Made by a program: the position numbers and the translations under genes
Origin: Gammaproteobacteria bacterium
Lineage (GTDB): Bacteria; Pseudomonadota; Gammaproteobacteria; JAPPPA01
NCBI GenBank assembly: GCA_030425645.1
Contig: JAUHZK010000009.1
Coordinates: 2,290-66,289 of the forward strand
Direction: 5' to 3'
DNA length: 64,000 nucleotides
Notes under the pieces: model-generated
The model's input: only the letters and a program-made list of their open reading frames with translations
The model's database searches: none
What the model was told of the DNA's origin: nothing
Part shown: piece after piece, positions 8,460-17,418 of the stretch
Position numbering within the stretch: the stretch's first letter is position 1
How the letters are laid out: each line of letters begins with the position of its first letter

Positions 8460-11400
8460 TTACCGCAGCTGACGCCAAGTTGAGCGACTACGTTCATAAC
8501 CGATTGGGTTAACCACTGTGCGCTCTATGCCACCGTCGGCGCCGCTAGTTAGATGAATTTCATTACCGTCTGCAGTAATGAGAATGGTTGGCACTGGATT
8601 ATAAGTACCATCAGAGAAACGCCCAGCTGGCGTTAATAGATTACCGTCGCCATCATCGTAGCGGTCATCAAAGGTCACGGAGCCATCACCGTTAAGGTCA
8701 AATGGCGGCAACACGGTTGGTGATCCATCCGCGGCATCCAATTCAAACAGCCAATTGCTAATCGCCGGGTTACAAATCGCTTCGTCGAGAATAGTGGTAG
8801 AGATCAGCAAACGATCATTCCTTAGAATCGGATCGGCCACGACCCTTTCGCCTTGGTTATCAGCCGTAGCTAGCGCTGCCACACTGCTGGCCTCAGCCAG
8901 ATCCATATACCAGCCTAACGTGGTGCTCCAATCAATGGGACCGTCAGCCTGACCATTGCTATCGCCATCATCGGTATCGCTACTAACAATTCTGATAACA
9001 GCGCTTTCTTGGCTACCATCCAGATCCGTATCAATATTGACGTTGACGGAATCCAGAATCAGGCGGCGCCGGTACTTGGTTTTATCACTAATATTTAAGC
9101 CCGTACTTTCGTTCTTGTCCCATATGCCATAGATCGACTGGGTGTAGTGCACTTCACCAACAGCATCAGCTTCCAACATTTCGCCGGTACCAAAAATCAC
9201 CAACTGACCCTCGTCCGCCGGGTGGTTCGGGTGCAACATCACCATCGGCTCGGTCGTAATCGGTTGTGGAACCCCACTAAAGTTGGTCGCTTGGAACAAC
9301 GCCGCAGGGTCGCCGCCACTGCTGGCAGAGAAACCCCAGTTGGCCTCATCGGTATCAGTAAGATCCAACTTCCACAAATTACCAACTAGGTCACCGGAAT
9401 AGACGTAATCAACGGAGCGGTCATTCTCAACGTCAACAACAGCCATTGTCGCTAGGCCATTAGGCACAGAAGTCGGTAAGTTAATGGTTTGCAGCAGGCT
9501 ACTACTGTCATCAACTAAATCCGGCAAAGTGACGGTAACACCCGGCGTTAGCAGTACTTGGCTAAGGTCAAGAAACGCCCCTACCTTGGTGTCGAAGGTT
9601 CGCACCAAAATACCCGTTTCCATATCAATCGCATAAGCGTAAGCATTACCGGTAACGCTGAACGACAGAATAGATGTCGAATCCAAGGAGGTATCGACAT
9701 CTTGCAAACCCAAATCAATTTCGGTGTTGTTATAACCGTTACTCATTAATACGGCCCAGTCACCAGTGGCGTTGGCGTCGCTACCGAAACCAAAATCGGC
9801 TGCCGTAAGCACGATATTGGGCTGCGCGAAGGTATACCCCATACCCGCATGTCCACGCTCCTCATCGGTTTGTAGAATTACGTCGAGAAGCGGTTCTACG
9901 AAGCTGGCACCAACAAAATTTTCAACCAAATTACCCAAGTCCAAAAAGCCAATATCACAAAGCCCCAGCAAGGCATCACAGAGCGCATCTTGAATAAGGT
10001 CGTTCACTAGCTGTTTCAGTTGTCCCGACAAAGAACCCGCATCGGTAAACTCCCACAACACAACCTCTTCAGCATTGTTTTCAGAGAAGCGTCCAGCCTG
10101 ATAATTTCCAGAGCTGTCGTAGCTACCCGGATCAGTGACATCCAAGGCATAGATGCCCTGACCACCTCGTCCTAAAGAACCGACCAATACCGTTCGCCAG
10201 CATGGCGATGAGGCACCACAGCCCGGATAGCGACCAAACACATCGACCACACTAATCTGTCCATCGACATAAGCTTCCGGAGCAAAGTCCGTATCGGCAT
10301 AATCTTTTAAGTTACTCAGTACCCTCGATGGCACAAACGCAATCCGCTCTTCACCCGTGGTGGCATCAAAGCCATGCAACATGCCGTCATTAGCGCCGAC
10401 ATACACCATGGGCGCACGGTCAGCATAATCGAGGGCAAACTGGTGATATCGTTTAGCGGCAATATCAGATGGGTTTTCAAACTCATCCGGATAATCAAAA
10501 TTAGGAGCGCCAACAAACACAGGATTACTCGACAGGATTGGTCCCAGCACGGTGCTCGTTCTGTCTCGTTGAGTACCGCCGTTCTGCTGCTCTCCTGAAC
10601 GCTCACCACGAACATATTCAATCTCAGCCGCTGACAAGCCATCGGTGATACCAATGGTTTCCAGCAAACCTTCTAAACCGAGAGCATTTAGACCGCTTAA
10701 AATCGTGTCCAATAACGGTTGAATCGGCAGTAATAACAAATCTAATGCGCTGCCAACAGCGCCAAGCAAAGTACCCAGAATATCTAAGCTTAGAATCGAG
10801 TTACCAACGCCTTCCAACTGGCTACCAATACCACCTATAAGTGGAATAGCCCCAAAAAACTGAGCATCGGCCAAGGCCGTAGTCGTAAACGGAATGCCAC
10901 CACTGTTATATCCAGTGGCAACACTCGCCTCACGACGCGGATCGTAGGTCATCACCACCCGGCCACTATCACTGGTTAATTGCGAGGCTGCATCCCACTG
11001 CTCCGTGAGAGTGCCATCCGCGCCCAGCTGGTAAGCAATTAAATTGCCAGACCAATTATCAAAGTTGTAACTGGTGGTGAAAATCAGCGTATTGCCATCA
11101 AACTGAGTCGACGAAGCCGTGGTATTGGTGCCCGATAAGCGACTACCACCAATTTCATTCAATGCAGCAATCAGCTGCGCCACCCCGCCACTGCCGAGTC
11201 CACTCAAGTATTGACCACGGCCATTAGCAGTAGCGTGTTTTAGCTCTGTTAGTAGGGCCGCATATTCAAAAGCATCGCTGACATCCGGCTCATAGGGCGC
11301 TGATGCCGGTAATGCAAACAACGGCGTTGGCCAGTTGCCCATCCCGGCCAAAATATCATCAACGTCACCACTGCCCGCCTCAGCCGAAACCACTAGGGCA

Positions 11401-13073
11401 TGGGTATGCATACGTTGTGTGCCCTCTAGGCCTGGCTGCAGGTCATCTTCATAGGCATCCATAGCGGCATCGGCTAAGGTTCCAGCGACACCATCAGCAT
11501 AAGGCTCGCCATCGCTGGTACTACTGTCATCGCTGTCGTGGTCAGTAGCGGGCGTTAGAGTATTGTGACTTTGTTTGCTGTCGCCCTGCGCGCCTGTTTC
11601 TGCAGGATAGTCCGTGTGCGACACGGTTAAACCGTGTGCGGTACTGTAACCATCGGTTACCAATACGGCATTGTGAGCCTGACACTCACCACCATCAGCT
11701 TCCGCTAGAACCGGACAGGAGCTATCTCCCACCACATTCTGGTTTTCCTGGGTTTCAGTGCCACTGAAATAACTGGCATAGCGTGTTGCAGCACTGCAGC
11801 GGAAGTAATTGCCAGCATCTTCTAAGGCGCGCCGTAACGGCGTTGCAGTGGCGGCTGCTTCGGTGCTGTAGATTGCATCCAATAGCGCGCGTTTATTACC
11901 AGATTGCAAGGAGTCGGCAGTCGTTACCGACACTGCGGGCACGGCAATAGCGTCATTCTGATGAATAGTTGCATAAGCCAGAGCCAGCCCATTTGCCGCT
12001 TCAACCAGACTTGCCGCCACGCCTTTGGCAACTAACTCTCGGCTGCGGTAGTACTGGAACCAGTTGGCAAAATTCACCAAGGTAGCATCGGTATTCGCCA
12101 ATCCAGTCAGGTCAACTTCGGTGCCATCGGCTTCGTAATAAAGCGCGACTTTGTAACGTGTATCCACTTCATCAGTACAGGTGAACAAACCAAGCAAGCC
12201 ACAACTGTAAGAACGACTAAAGAACTGATGGGTAATGGTGTCGTAGTTACCATTCGCCAAACGAATAATCGAAGTCGGCTGGTGCACAGACTTAATATTT
12301 AACGTTGCTGAGCTAGCGTTATATGGGTCGAGGCGCACCGCTAAAGGGTTGGCGTCAGCATAGGCAACACCGGCGCTATCAACCCCAGGCCAAGGGCTGT
12401 AGGTCTTATTCGGGTCAAAATAAATGGCGTTAAAACTTGCCGAACGTAACTGCCAAACATTAGCCAAATCACCACTTTGATCTGGCGCAGCGGAGATTCC
12501 TGCTGCGCTGCGCACCCATGAAGTTGATGCCAAGGCATCCAGTAAGCGCTTGGAGGGCGGTATCTGTGCGCAGAATGGGCTCGCTTCCTCATCTGGCAGT
12601 CGCAAGGCATTAACCGCAGCATTGCTTAGGCCGCTGTCGCGGCAAGTACCCGCAGCTGAGTTAAACCGCTCTGGCACAGGAAACAGCCACGGGTATATTA
12701 AACGCCCGTCATCGGTAGCACGCGCCATACCCTGCGCTTGGTCAGCGCCGCCATTACGCTGGCCACCACTGCCTGTTTTCTCGACCGTGGTGTCTGCCGC
12801 ACGATGATCTAAGGTAAAGCTAGACGACATACTTAGAGAGTCGTCCATCAAAATCAGCACATTGGCGTCAGCCTGCGCACCTAAAAATAACGGGCTTTCA
12901 TTCAGCGAGAACTGCCGGTGAGTAAGGCCAGCCAGGTCTAGGCTTAATGCCTGAAGCGGTGCGACCACTAGCATCAAGACTAAGCCCAACAGCAGGTTAA
13001 GCCCTGCCGGCCTACACAAACGGCTTCGCCAATGCATGCGCCTATTTAAAGCAGTTGTTTTAAAAGCCATGAT
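8460..13073 (-). CDS. pilY1: Type IV pilus tip-associated adhesin PilY1, unusually long at about 1537 aa.
   Basis: The listed ORF (8460-13205) overlaps the pilX 3' end; the internal start MAFKTTALNRRMHW at about 13073 gives a signal peptide. It has an N-terminal vWA-like motif (VLILMDDSLSMS). It has the C-terminal PilY1 beta-propeller region (PMVYVGANDGMLHGFDATTGEE), a calcium-loop-like segment (DVENDRSVDYVYSGDLVGNLW), and ends RSTWRQLR. A Gly/Leu-rich low-complexity insert precedes the C-terminal domain. Confidence 0.85.
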   Translation of the reverse strand: MMAFKTTALNRRMHWRSRLCRPAGLNLLLGLVLMLVVAPLQALSLDLAGLTHRQFSLNESPLFLGAQADANVLILMDDSLSMSSSFTLDHRAADTTVEKTGSGGQRNGGADQAQGMARATDDGRLIYPWLFPVPERFNSAAGTCRDSGLSNAAVNALRLPDEEASPFCAQIPPSKRLLDALASTSWVRSAAGISAAPDQSGDLANVWQLRSASFNAIYFDPNKTYSPWPGVDSAGVAYADANPLAVRLDPYNASSATLNIKSVHQPTSIIRLANGNYDTITHQFFSRSYSCGLLGLFTCTDEVDTRYKVALYYEADGTEVDLTGLANTDATLVNFANWFQYYRSRELVAKGVAASLVEAANGLALAYATIHQNDAIAVPAVSVTTADSLQSGNKRALLDAIYSTEAAATATPLRRALEDAGNYFRCSAATRYASYFSGTETQENQNVVGDSSCPVLAEADGGECQAHNAVLVTDGYSTAHGLTVSHTDYPAETGAQGDSKQSHNTLTPATDHDSDDSSTSDGEPYADGVAGTLADAAMDAYEDDLQPGLEGTQRMHTHALVVSAEAGSGDVDDILAGMGNWPTPLFALPASAPYEPDVSDAFEYAALLTELKHATANGRGQYLSGLGSGGVAQLIAALNEIGGSRLSGTNTTASSTQFDGNTLIFTTSYNFDNWSGNLIAYQLGADGTLTEQWDAASQLTSDSGRVVMTYDPRREASVATGYNSGGIPFTTTALADAQFFGAIPLIGGIGSQLEGVGNSILSLDILGTLLGAVGSALDLLLLPIQPLLDTILSGLNALGLEGLLETIGITDGLSAAEIEYVRGERSGEQQNGGTQRDRTSTVLGPILSSNPVFVGAPNFDYPDEFENPSDIAAKRYHQFALDYADRAPMVYVGANDGMLHGFDATTGEERIAFVPSRVLSNLKDYADTDFAPEAYVDGQISVVDVFGRYPGCGASSPCWRTVLVGSLGRGGQGIYALDVTDPGSYDSSGNYQAGRFSENNAEEVVLWEFTDAGSLSGQLKQLVNDLIQDALCDALLGLCDIGFLDLGNLVENFVGASFVEPLLDVILQTDEERGHAGMGYTFAQPNIVLTAADFGFGSDANATGDWAVLMSNGYNNTEIDLGLQDVDTSLDSTSILSFSVTGNAYAYAIDMETGILVRTFDTKVGAFLDLSQVLLTPGVTVTLPDLVDDSSSLLQTINLPTSVPNGLATMAVVDVENDRSVDYVYSGDLVGNLWKLDLTDTDEANWGFSASSGGDPAALFQATNFSGVPQPITTEPMVMLHPNHPADEGQLVIFGTGEMLEADAVGEVHYTQSIYGIWDKNESTGLNISDKTKYRRRLILDSVNVNIDTDLDGSQESAVIRIVSSDTDDGDSNGQADGPIDWSTTLGWYMDLAEASSVAALATADNQGERVVADPILRNDRLLISTTILDEAICNPAISNWLFELDAADGSPTVLPPFDLNGDGSVTFDDRYDDGDGNLLTPAGRFSDGTYNPVPTILITADGNEIHLTSGADGGIERTVVNPIGYERSRSTWRQLR

Positions 13074-13092
13074 GCCCCCTGCGCCAACCCCA

Positions 13093-13698
13093 TTAGTAGC
13101 GCCTGATAAAAGTTGATTGCAACACCACTTGTGTCGCTGTTGTCGCGCCAAACCCAATCGCCGAAACTTCGTATAGGTAGCGCCCTGGTGGCCGCCCATG
13201 ACCACGGTTCAAGCTATCTGGAATAAAGCGCACTTCGCGAATCAGGTATCTCGGCGCCTCACCAGACCCCGGCGGTATATCCGCAATGTCATTAGCGTCG
13301 GCATCGATAAAGCGCCCGTGCTGTTGCCACTGTGCCAGCGTTAATCCGGAGATAGCCGTGGCGAAGTCATCCGCCGCAGCGCCGCCAAAACTAAGCAATT
13401 CAGCATCGTCCAACACGTCTACGTCCAAGCAATTACCGCTGGCAGCGTCAGCACATTCCTGCTCGTGAGGCAAATTGACCAGTCCATCTAACCAGCGCTC
13501 GGCATCGCGCAGGGCGGCTTCGGCCGCCTCCAAGGCGATAGCTCTGTCCATCGTGTGACGCGCCATACGCTCTTCTAGAAAACTGGTACGCAAGGCTGTC
13601 ATTCCAAGCACGGTCAACACTAAAAGCAGAATTAAAGTAACCACCAATACGGCGCCACTCTGCGACCGGCCCATTGCCTGTGGGGAAACCCTATTCAT
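13093..13698 (-). CDS. pilX: Type IV pilus minor pilin PilX.
   Basis: The 201-aa product has an N-terminal hydrophobic segment (GAVLVVTLILLLVLTVLGMTALR) typical of PilX. It sits between pilW and pilY1. Confidence 0.8.
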   Translation of the reverse strand: MNRVSPQAMGRSQSGAVLVVTLILLLVLTVLGMTALRTSFLEERMARHTMDRAIALEAAEAALRDAERWLDGLVNLPHEQECADAASGNCLDVDVLDDAELLSFGGAAADDFATAISGLTLAQWQQHGRFIDADANDIADIPPGSGEAPRYLIREVRFIPDSLNRGHGRPPGRYLYEVSAIGFGATTATQVVLQSTFIRRY

Positions 13699-14654
13699 CG
13701 TGTCAGGTTCCTCAATGCGATGGTTTGCGTGAACTGCTGCTGCAACGTCTCGGCCGTTGAAATGGTTTGAGCGGCAACCGTTTCTAGTAAATCTAGCGTT
13801 CGGCCACCTTTAACGTCTATCGTCACCCTTAAGGCTCGCACCCGGTTCAGGTCAGGTACGGCAGAGAAGTTTTGATAAACATCCACAACCTGATCGCCGC
13901 TTGTATCAACCCCAAGTTCGACCTGAAATGCGGTCACATCCTCGACTAAGGTGAGCGCCGAGAACTGCGAGCCACTGCCGCTACTATTGAGGTAACGATA
14001 CGGCGTACCGCCGTTCTCTTGCACAATGCGTTCTCGTCGGCAATGCAGCCTAAACCGGCTGCGACCATCTTCAGCGCTATCCGCTACTCTGGCGTAGATG
14101 ATATCGGCGGCGTATAAGGTGAAAAAATTGACGTCATCAGACGGATCGGCAGTGCCCTGCTCGTCCAGCTCTTCCACGCCACCAAATACGGTATCGCCAG
14201 CGCAATCGGTTACCGCACCGTCTTCAGCCCCGCCTTGATAACGCACAACCAATACATCGCTATAAGTCGCAACATTATCCAATGCGATGGTATCGCCACC
14301 GACCACGACGTTAACGCTACGAGTACTAAAACTGAGTGGAGCCGGCTCACCCGTTACAGGCAGATCAGTACCATCAACACCTGTCACCATACGGTTATTG
14401 CTGTCAGTAAAGGTTAGGTCGGGCAACTTTTCCTGAGTAAAGCGATAACCGGTATTTCGCACCGAATGATTAATAAAATTTAGAGCAAAGCGGCCGCTTT
14501 CCTGTAGGCGTGACTGAGCCAAAATGCGGTTATGAGTGGCTTTGCTACTGATAAAAATTTGATAACTAAGCGCAAGAATAACGAGCCCAATGGTCATCCC
14601 AACCATTAGCTCTATCAAGCTCGCACCGCGTTGCTGCTGTCGTAGGGTGCTCAT
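13695..14654 (-). CDS. pilW: Type IV pilus minor pilin PilW.
   Basis: The 319-aa product has a prepilin-like N-terminus (QRGASLIELMVGMTIGLVILALS). Start and stop overlap neighbours by 4 nt on both sides (translational coupling). Confidence 0.82.
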   Translation of the reverse strand: MSTLRQQQRGASLIELMVGMTIGLVILALSYQIFISSKATHNRILAQSRLQESGRFALNFINHSVRNTGYRFTQEKLPDLTFTDSNNRMVTGVDGTDLPVTGEPAPLSFSTRSVNVVVGGDTIALDNVATYSDVLVVRYQGGAEDGAVTDCAGDTVFGGVEELDEQGTADPSDDVNFFTLYAADIIYARVADSAEDGRSRFRLHCRRERIVQENGGTPYRYLNSSGSGSQFSALTLVEDVTAFQVELGVDTSGDQVVDVYQNFSAVPDLNRVRALRVTIDVKGGRTLDLLETVAAQTISTAETLQQQFTQTIALRNLTR

Positions 14655-15100
14655 GGGGTCATCACCAACTGAAACTGCTCGACATTGCCGTCGCGCAGCT
14701 CATCCCATTGCAAGGTAATGGTATAGGCCTGGCCCGTCGCACAAGGGGCAGCACATACAGCGCTACCTTGTCCGGCTGGCAAAGAAGATGTCACTAAGGC
14801 TTGCCAAGCGGCGATGTCGGCGGCACTAATGGTGTTACGCAGACTGCCACTAGTGTCATATCCGCCTTGGCGCGCAATGGTTTTGTTGGCTCGCATACGG
14901 TCGGCATAGTCTTGTGCTAACAAACCCGCCTGCGTTCGCCATAACGCCGCGTTGTTGGTCCGTAACCCGTTAAATTGCATGCTCGCAACGGCTAACAGCC
15001 CAATGGTGCCGATCAACATCGCGATCAACGACTCAATCAGCGTGATGCCACGCTGTTTAGCCGCAAGATTTTGTACCCTCAAACTCACGACGCCGCACAC
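14651..15100 (-). CDS. pilV: Type IV pilus minor pilin PilV.
   Basis: The product contains KQRGITLIESLIAMLIGTIGLLA, a prepilin cleavage motif with Glu at +5. The true start may be an internal GTG or TTG, which would give a shorter leader. Confidence 0.8.
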   Translation of the reverse strand: MCGVVSLRVQNLAAKQRGITLIESLIAMLIGTIGLLAVASMQFNGLRTNNAALWRTQAGLLAQDYADRMRANKTIARQGGYDTSGSLRNTISAADIAAWQALVTSSLPAGQGSAVCAAPCATGQAYTITLQWDELRDGNVEQFQLVMTP

Positions 15101-15729
15101 CGATTTGCCGAGATATCACCGCTAGTGAACGAGCCCACGGTGGTCTGCCCAATGCGACTAATAACTAGCTTTCTAGCGTGCCGAATACGCTCTGATGTTG
15201 AGGCGGTTTCGGTTCCAGGCCCACAAATGAACAAACTGCCAATACTGCCCGCGGCAGTGCTGTCTTGACGGAAACCAATTTGATCACTGACATTGGCATT
15301 GCCGCGCACGGTGAAACCACCGCCCAATGCATTTTGCACCTGCAGCAAGGTATCACCAGCACTAACACTATCTGAGCGGTCGCTATCAGCCACCACCAAC
15401 CAGCCGTCCTCCCAACCATCAGCGGTCGTCGCTGTGGTCGTCGTCACACAGCTACAGTGGCTGGCAGTGGTCAAATTACTGTCAGTACAGGCAGCACTGC
15501 TATCGGCCGTTTGCGGGCGGCGGCATAAATAGACGGAAGTACCGCGCGTTAGTGCTTCAGAACGCGCGTACTGAATAGCCGCGAGCAAATCGTTAGCGGT
15601 ACTCGCCGCTCGATTACGCTTCACAAAACTAGAAAGATTAGGAACAACGCCCACGACCAAAACCGCGGCAACGATCAACGTTACCATCAGCTCCAGCAAA
15701 GTGAATCCTTTTGCCCCGTTTCGATACAT
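15085..15729 (-). CDS. fimU: Type IV pilus minor pilin FimT/FimU (GspH family).
   Basis: The 214-aa product starts MYRNGAKGFTLLELMVTLIVAAVLV, a prepilin motif. It is the first gene of the minor-pilin operon, and a 144-nt promoter region lies upstream. Confidence 0.8.
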   Translation of the reverse strand: MYRNGAKGFTLLELMVTLIVAAVLVVGVVPNLSSFVKRNRAASTANDLLAAIQYARSEALTRGTSVYLCRRPQTADSSAACTDSNLTTASHCSCVTTTTATTADGWEDGWLVVADSDRSDSVSAGDTLLQVQNALGGGFTVRGNANVSDQIGFRQDSTAAGSIGSLFICGPGTETASTSERIRHARKLVISRIGQTTVGSFTSGDISANRCAAS

Positions 15730-15873
15730 TTAGACATGCCCCTAGACCAGCCCCCTGGTCCGAAAAAACCAAGCCCGTTAGGCCTAGTTTCTGTTATGAC
15801 ACTCGCTCTACGCAAACGCCAGCATTAACTGACCAGCTTAGCTTATTTTAGGATAAACGGTCTATTATTTGAA

Positions 15874-16860
15874 TCATTGTTCAATGGCCGCAGAAGTCGC
15901 ACTAGCGCTAACTTTCTGTGCCTCTAAGCGGAGTAAGTTTTTCGGCACCGAAAAGACCACATTTTCGGGTGTACCAACCACCTCATCAGCAGTTTTGCCA
16001 CCCCACTGTTGCAGCTGCTCAATCACGCGCTTTACCAACACTTCCGGCGCCGACGCTCCGGCTGTTAGTCCGACGGACTTGGCATCAGCAAACCAATCTT
16101 GTTGCATGTCTTCTGGGCCGTCGATCAAATAACCCGCAACCCCCCGCTCAGTGGCGATTTCGCGCAGGCGATTGGAGTTAGAGCTATTACGTGAACCCAC
16201 TACCAATAGCACGTCGACATCTTTCACTAACTGCTTTACGGCGTCTTGCCTATTCTGCGTCGCGTAACAAATATCATTTTTGCGCGGCCCGGAAATCGCC
16301 GGAAAACGCTTTCTTAACTCATCAATAACGACCGAGGTGTCATCTACCGACAACGTGGTCTGAGTGACATAAGCCAGACTGTCTGGGTTTTTGACGTCCA
16401 GTTCCCAGACGTCACTGGGCGACTCCGCCAAATGCATACGGCCGCCACTCTGAGCCTCAAATTGCCCCATTGTGCCTTCAACTTCAGGGTGCCCCTTATG
16501 GCCAATCAACACCACATCACGATTTTCTTTGGAGTATTTAGCAACTTCAATATGCACTTTGGTCACCAACGGGCAGGTTGCATCAAACACCTGCAAGCCG
16601 CGGTTTTTCGCTTCTTGCTGAATCGCTTTGGAAACACCATGAGCGCTAAAGATAACGGTAGCGTCGTCCGGAACCTCGTCCAGCTCTTCAACAAACACCG
16701 CGCCCATATCGCGTAGACGGTTAACCACAAAACGGTTATGAACCACCTCGTGGCGTACATAAATAGGTGCCCCTAGGGCTTCAATAGCGCGCTCTACAAT
16801 TTCAATCGCGCGATCCACACCGGCACAAAACCCACGCGGGTTTGCGAGCAAAATTTCCAC
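15874..16860 (-). CDS. ispH: 4-hydroxy-3-methylbut-2-enyl diphosphate reductase IspH (LytB).
   Basis: The 328-aa product has the N-terminus [23 protein letters not shown], including the conserved Cys. Gene order is ispH next to the fimU operon, then lspA-ileS-ribF-murJ-rpsT, as in Pseudomonas. Confidence 0.93.
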   Translation of the reverse strand: MEILLANPRGFCAGVDRAIEIVERAIEALGAPIYVRHEVVHNRFVVNRLRDMGAVFVEELDEVPDDATVIFSAHGVSKAIQQEAKNRGLQVFDATCPLVTKVHIEVAKYSKENRDVVLIGHKGHPEVEGTMGQFEAQSGGRMHLAESPSDVWELDVKNPDSLAYVTQTTLSVDDTSVVIDELRKRFPAISGPRKNDICYATQNRQDAVKQLVKDVDVLLVVGSRNSSNSNRLREIATERGVAGYLIDGPEDMQQDWFADAKSVGLTAGASAPEVLVKRVIEQLQQWGGKTADEVVGTPENVVFSVPKNLLRLEAQKVSASATSAAIEQ

Positions 16861-17387
16861 TAGGGCTTATCTCCCTGTTCACTATTCGATGAGCCATCTT
16901 CAGGCACAGCTCGGAAGGAATCCAAAATCAGCAGGCCAGCCCCAATGACAATGGCAATATCGGCAATATTGAATGCCGGCCAATGATATTCACCAATGTG
17001 AAAGTCCAAGAAGTCGACCACATAGCCCAACACCACGCGGTCAATCACATTGCCTAACGCACCGCCAATGACCAAACACAGGCCAATGCATAACATTTGA
17101 TTATCTTTAGGCACTAGACGTAACCAAACCATTACCGCGGCACTAATACCCACGCCTAGAATGATAAAGAACCATTGTTGCCAGCCTCCGGCATCAGCCA
17201 AAAAACTAAAGGCAGCACCGGTGTTGTGTAAGCGCGTGAGATTAAACCACTCGGTCACTTCCCGAATGTCATACAGCGAAAACTGCTGCCGGATAGCGCC
17301 CTTAGTAAGCTGGTCGGCAATGATGATGACTAAGGACAGCCACAGCCAATAAACATTGGTATTAATTGCTTTCTTGGGTTTAGTCAT
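16860..17387 (-). CDS. lspA: Lipoprotein signal peptidase II (LspA).
   Basis: The product has the conserved motifs NTGAAFSF and [12 protein letters not shown]. The start was chosen at MTKPKK, 31 nt after the ileS stop. The listed ORF extends further 5' and overlaps ileS. Confidence 0.88.
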   Translation of the reverse strand: MTKPKKAINTNVYWLWLSLVIIIADQLTKGAIRQQFSLYDIREVTEWFNLTRLHNTGAAFSFLADAGGWQQWFFIILGVGISAAVMVWLRLVPKDNQMLCIGLCLVIGGALGNVIDRVVLGYVVDFLDFHIGEYHWPAFNIADIAIVIGAGLLILDSFRAVPEDGSSNSEQGDKP

Positions 17388-17418
17388 CGGTGTTGTTCTC
17401 GTGGTATTCGATGTTGAA

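Noticed and set aside
13074-13205. N-terminal 44 codons of the long pilY1 ORF that overlap the pilX 3' end.
   Set aside because: The overlap is out of frame with pilX and lacks a signal peptide. The internal Met at about 13073 gives a proper signal sequence and a 20-nt intergenic gap.
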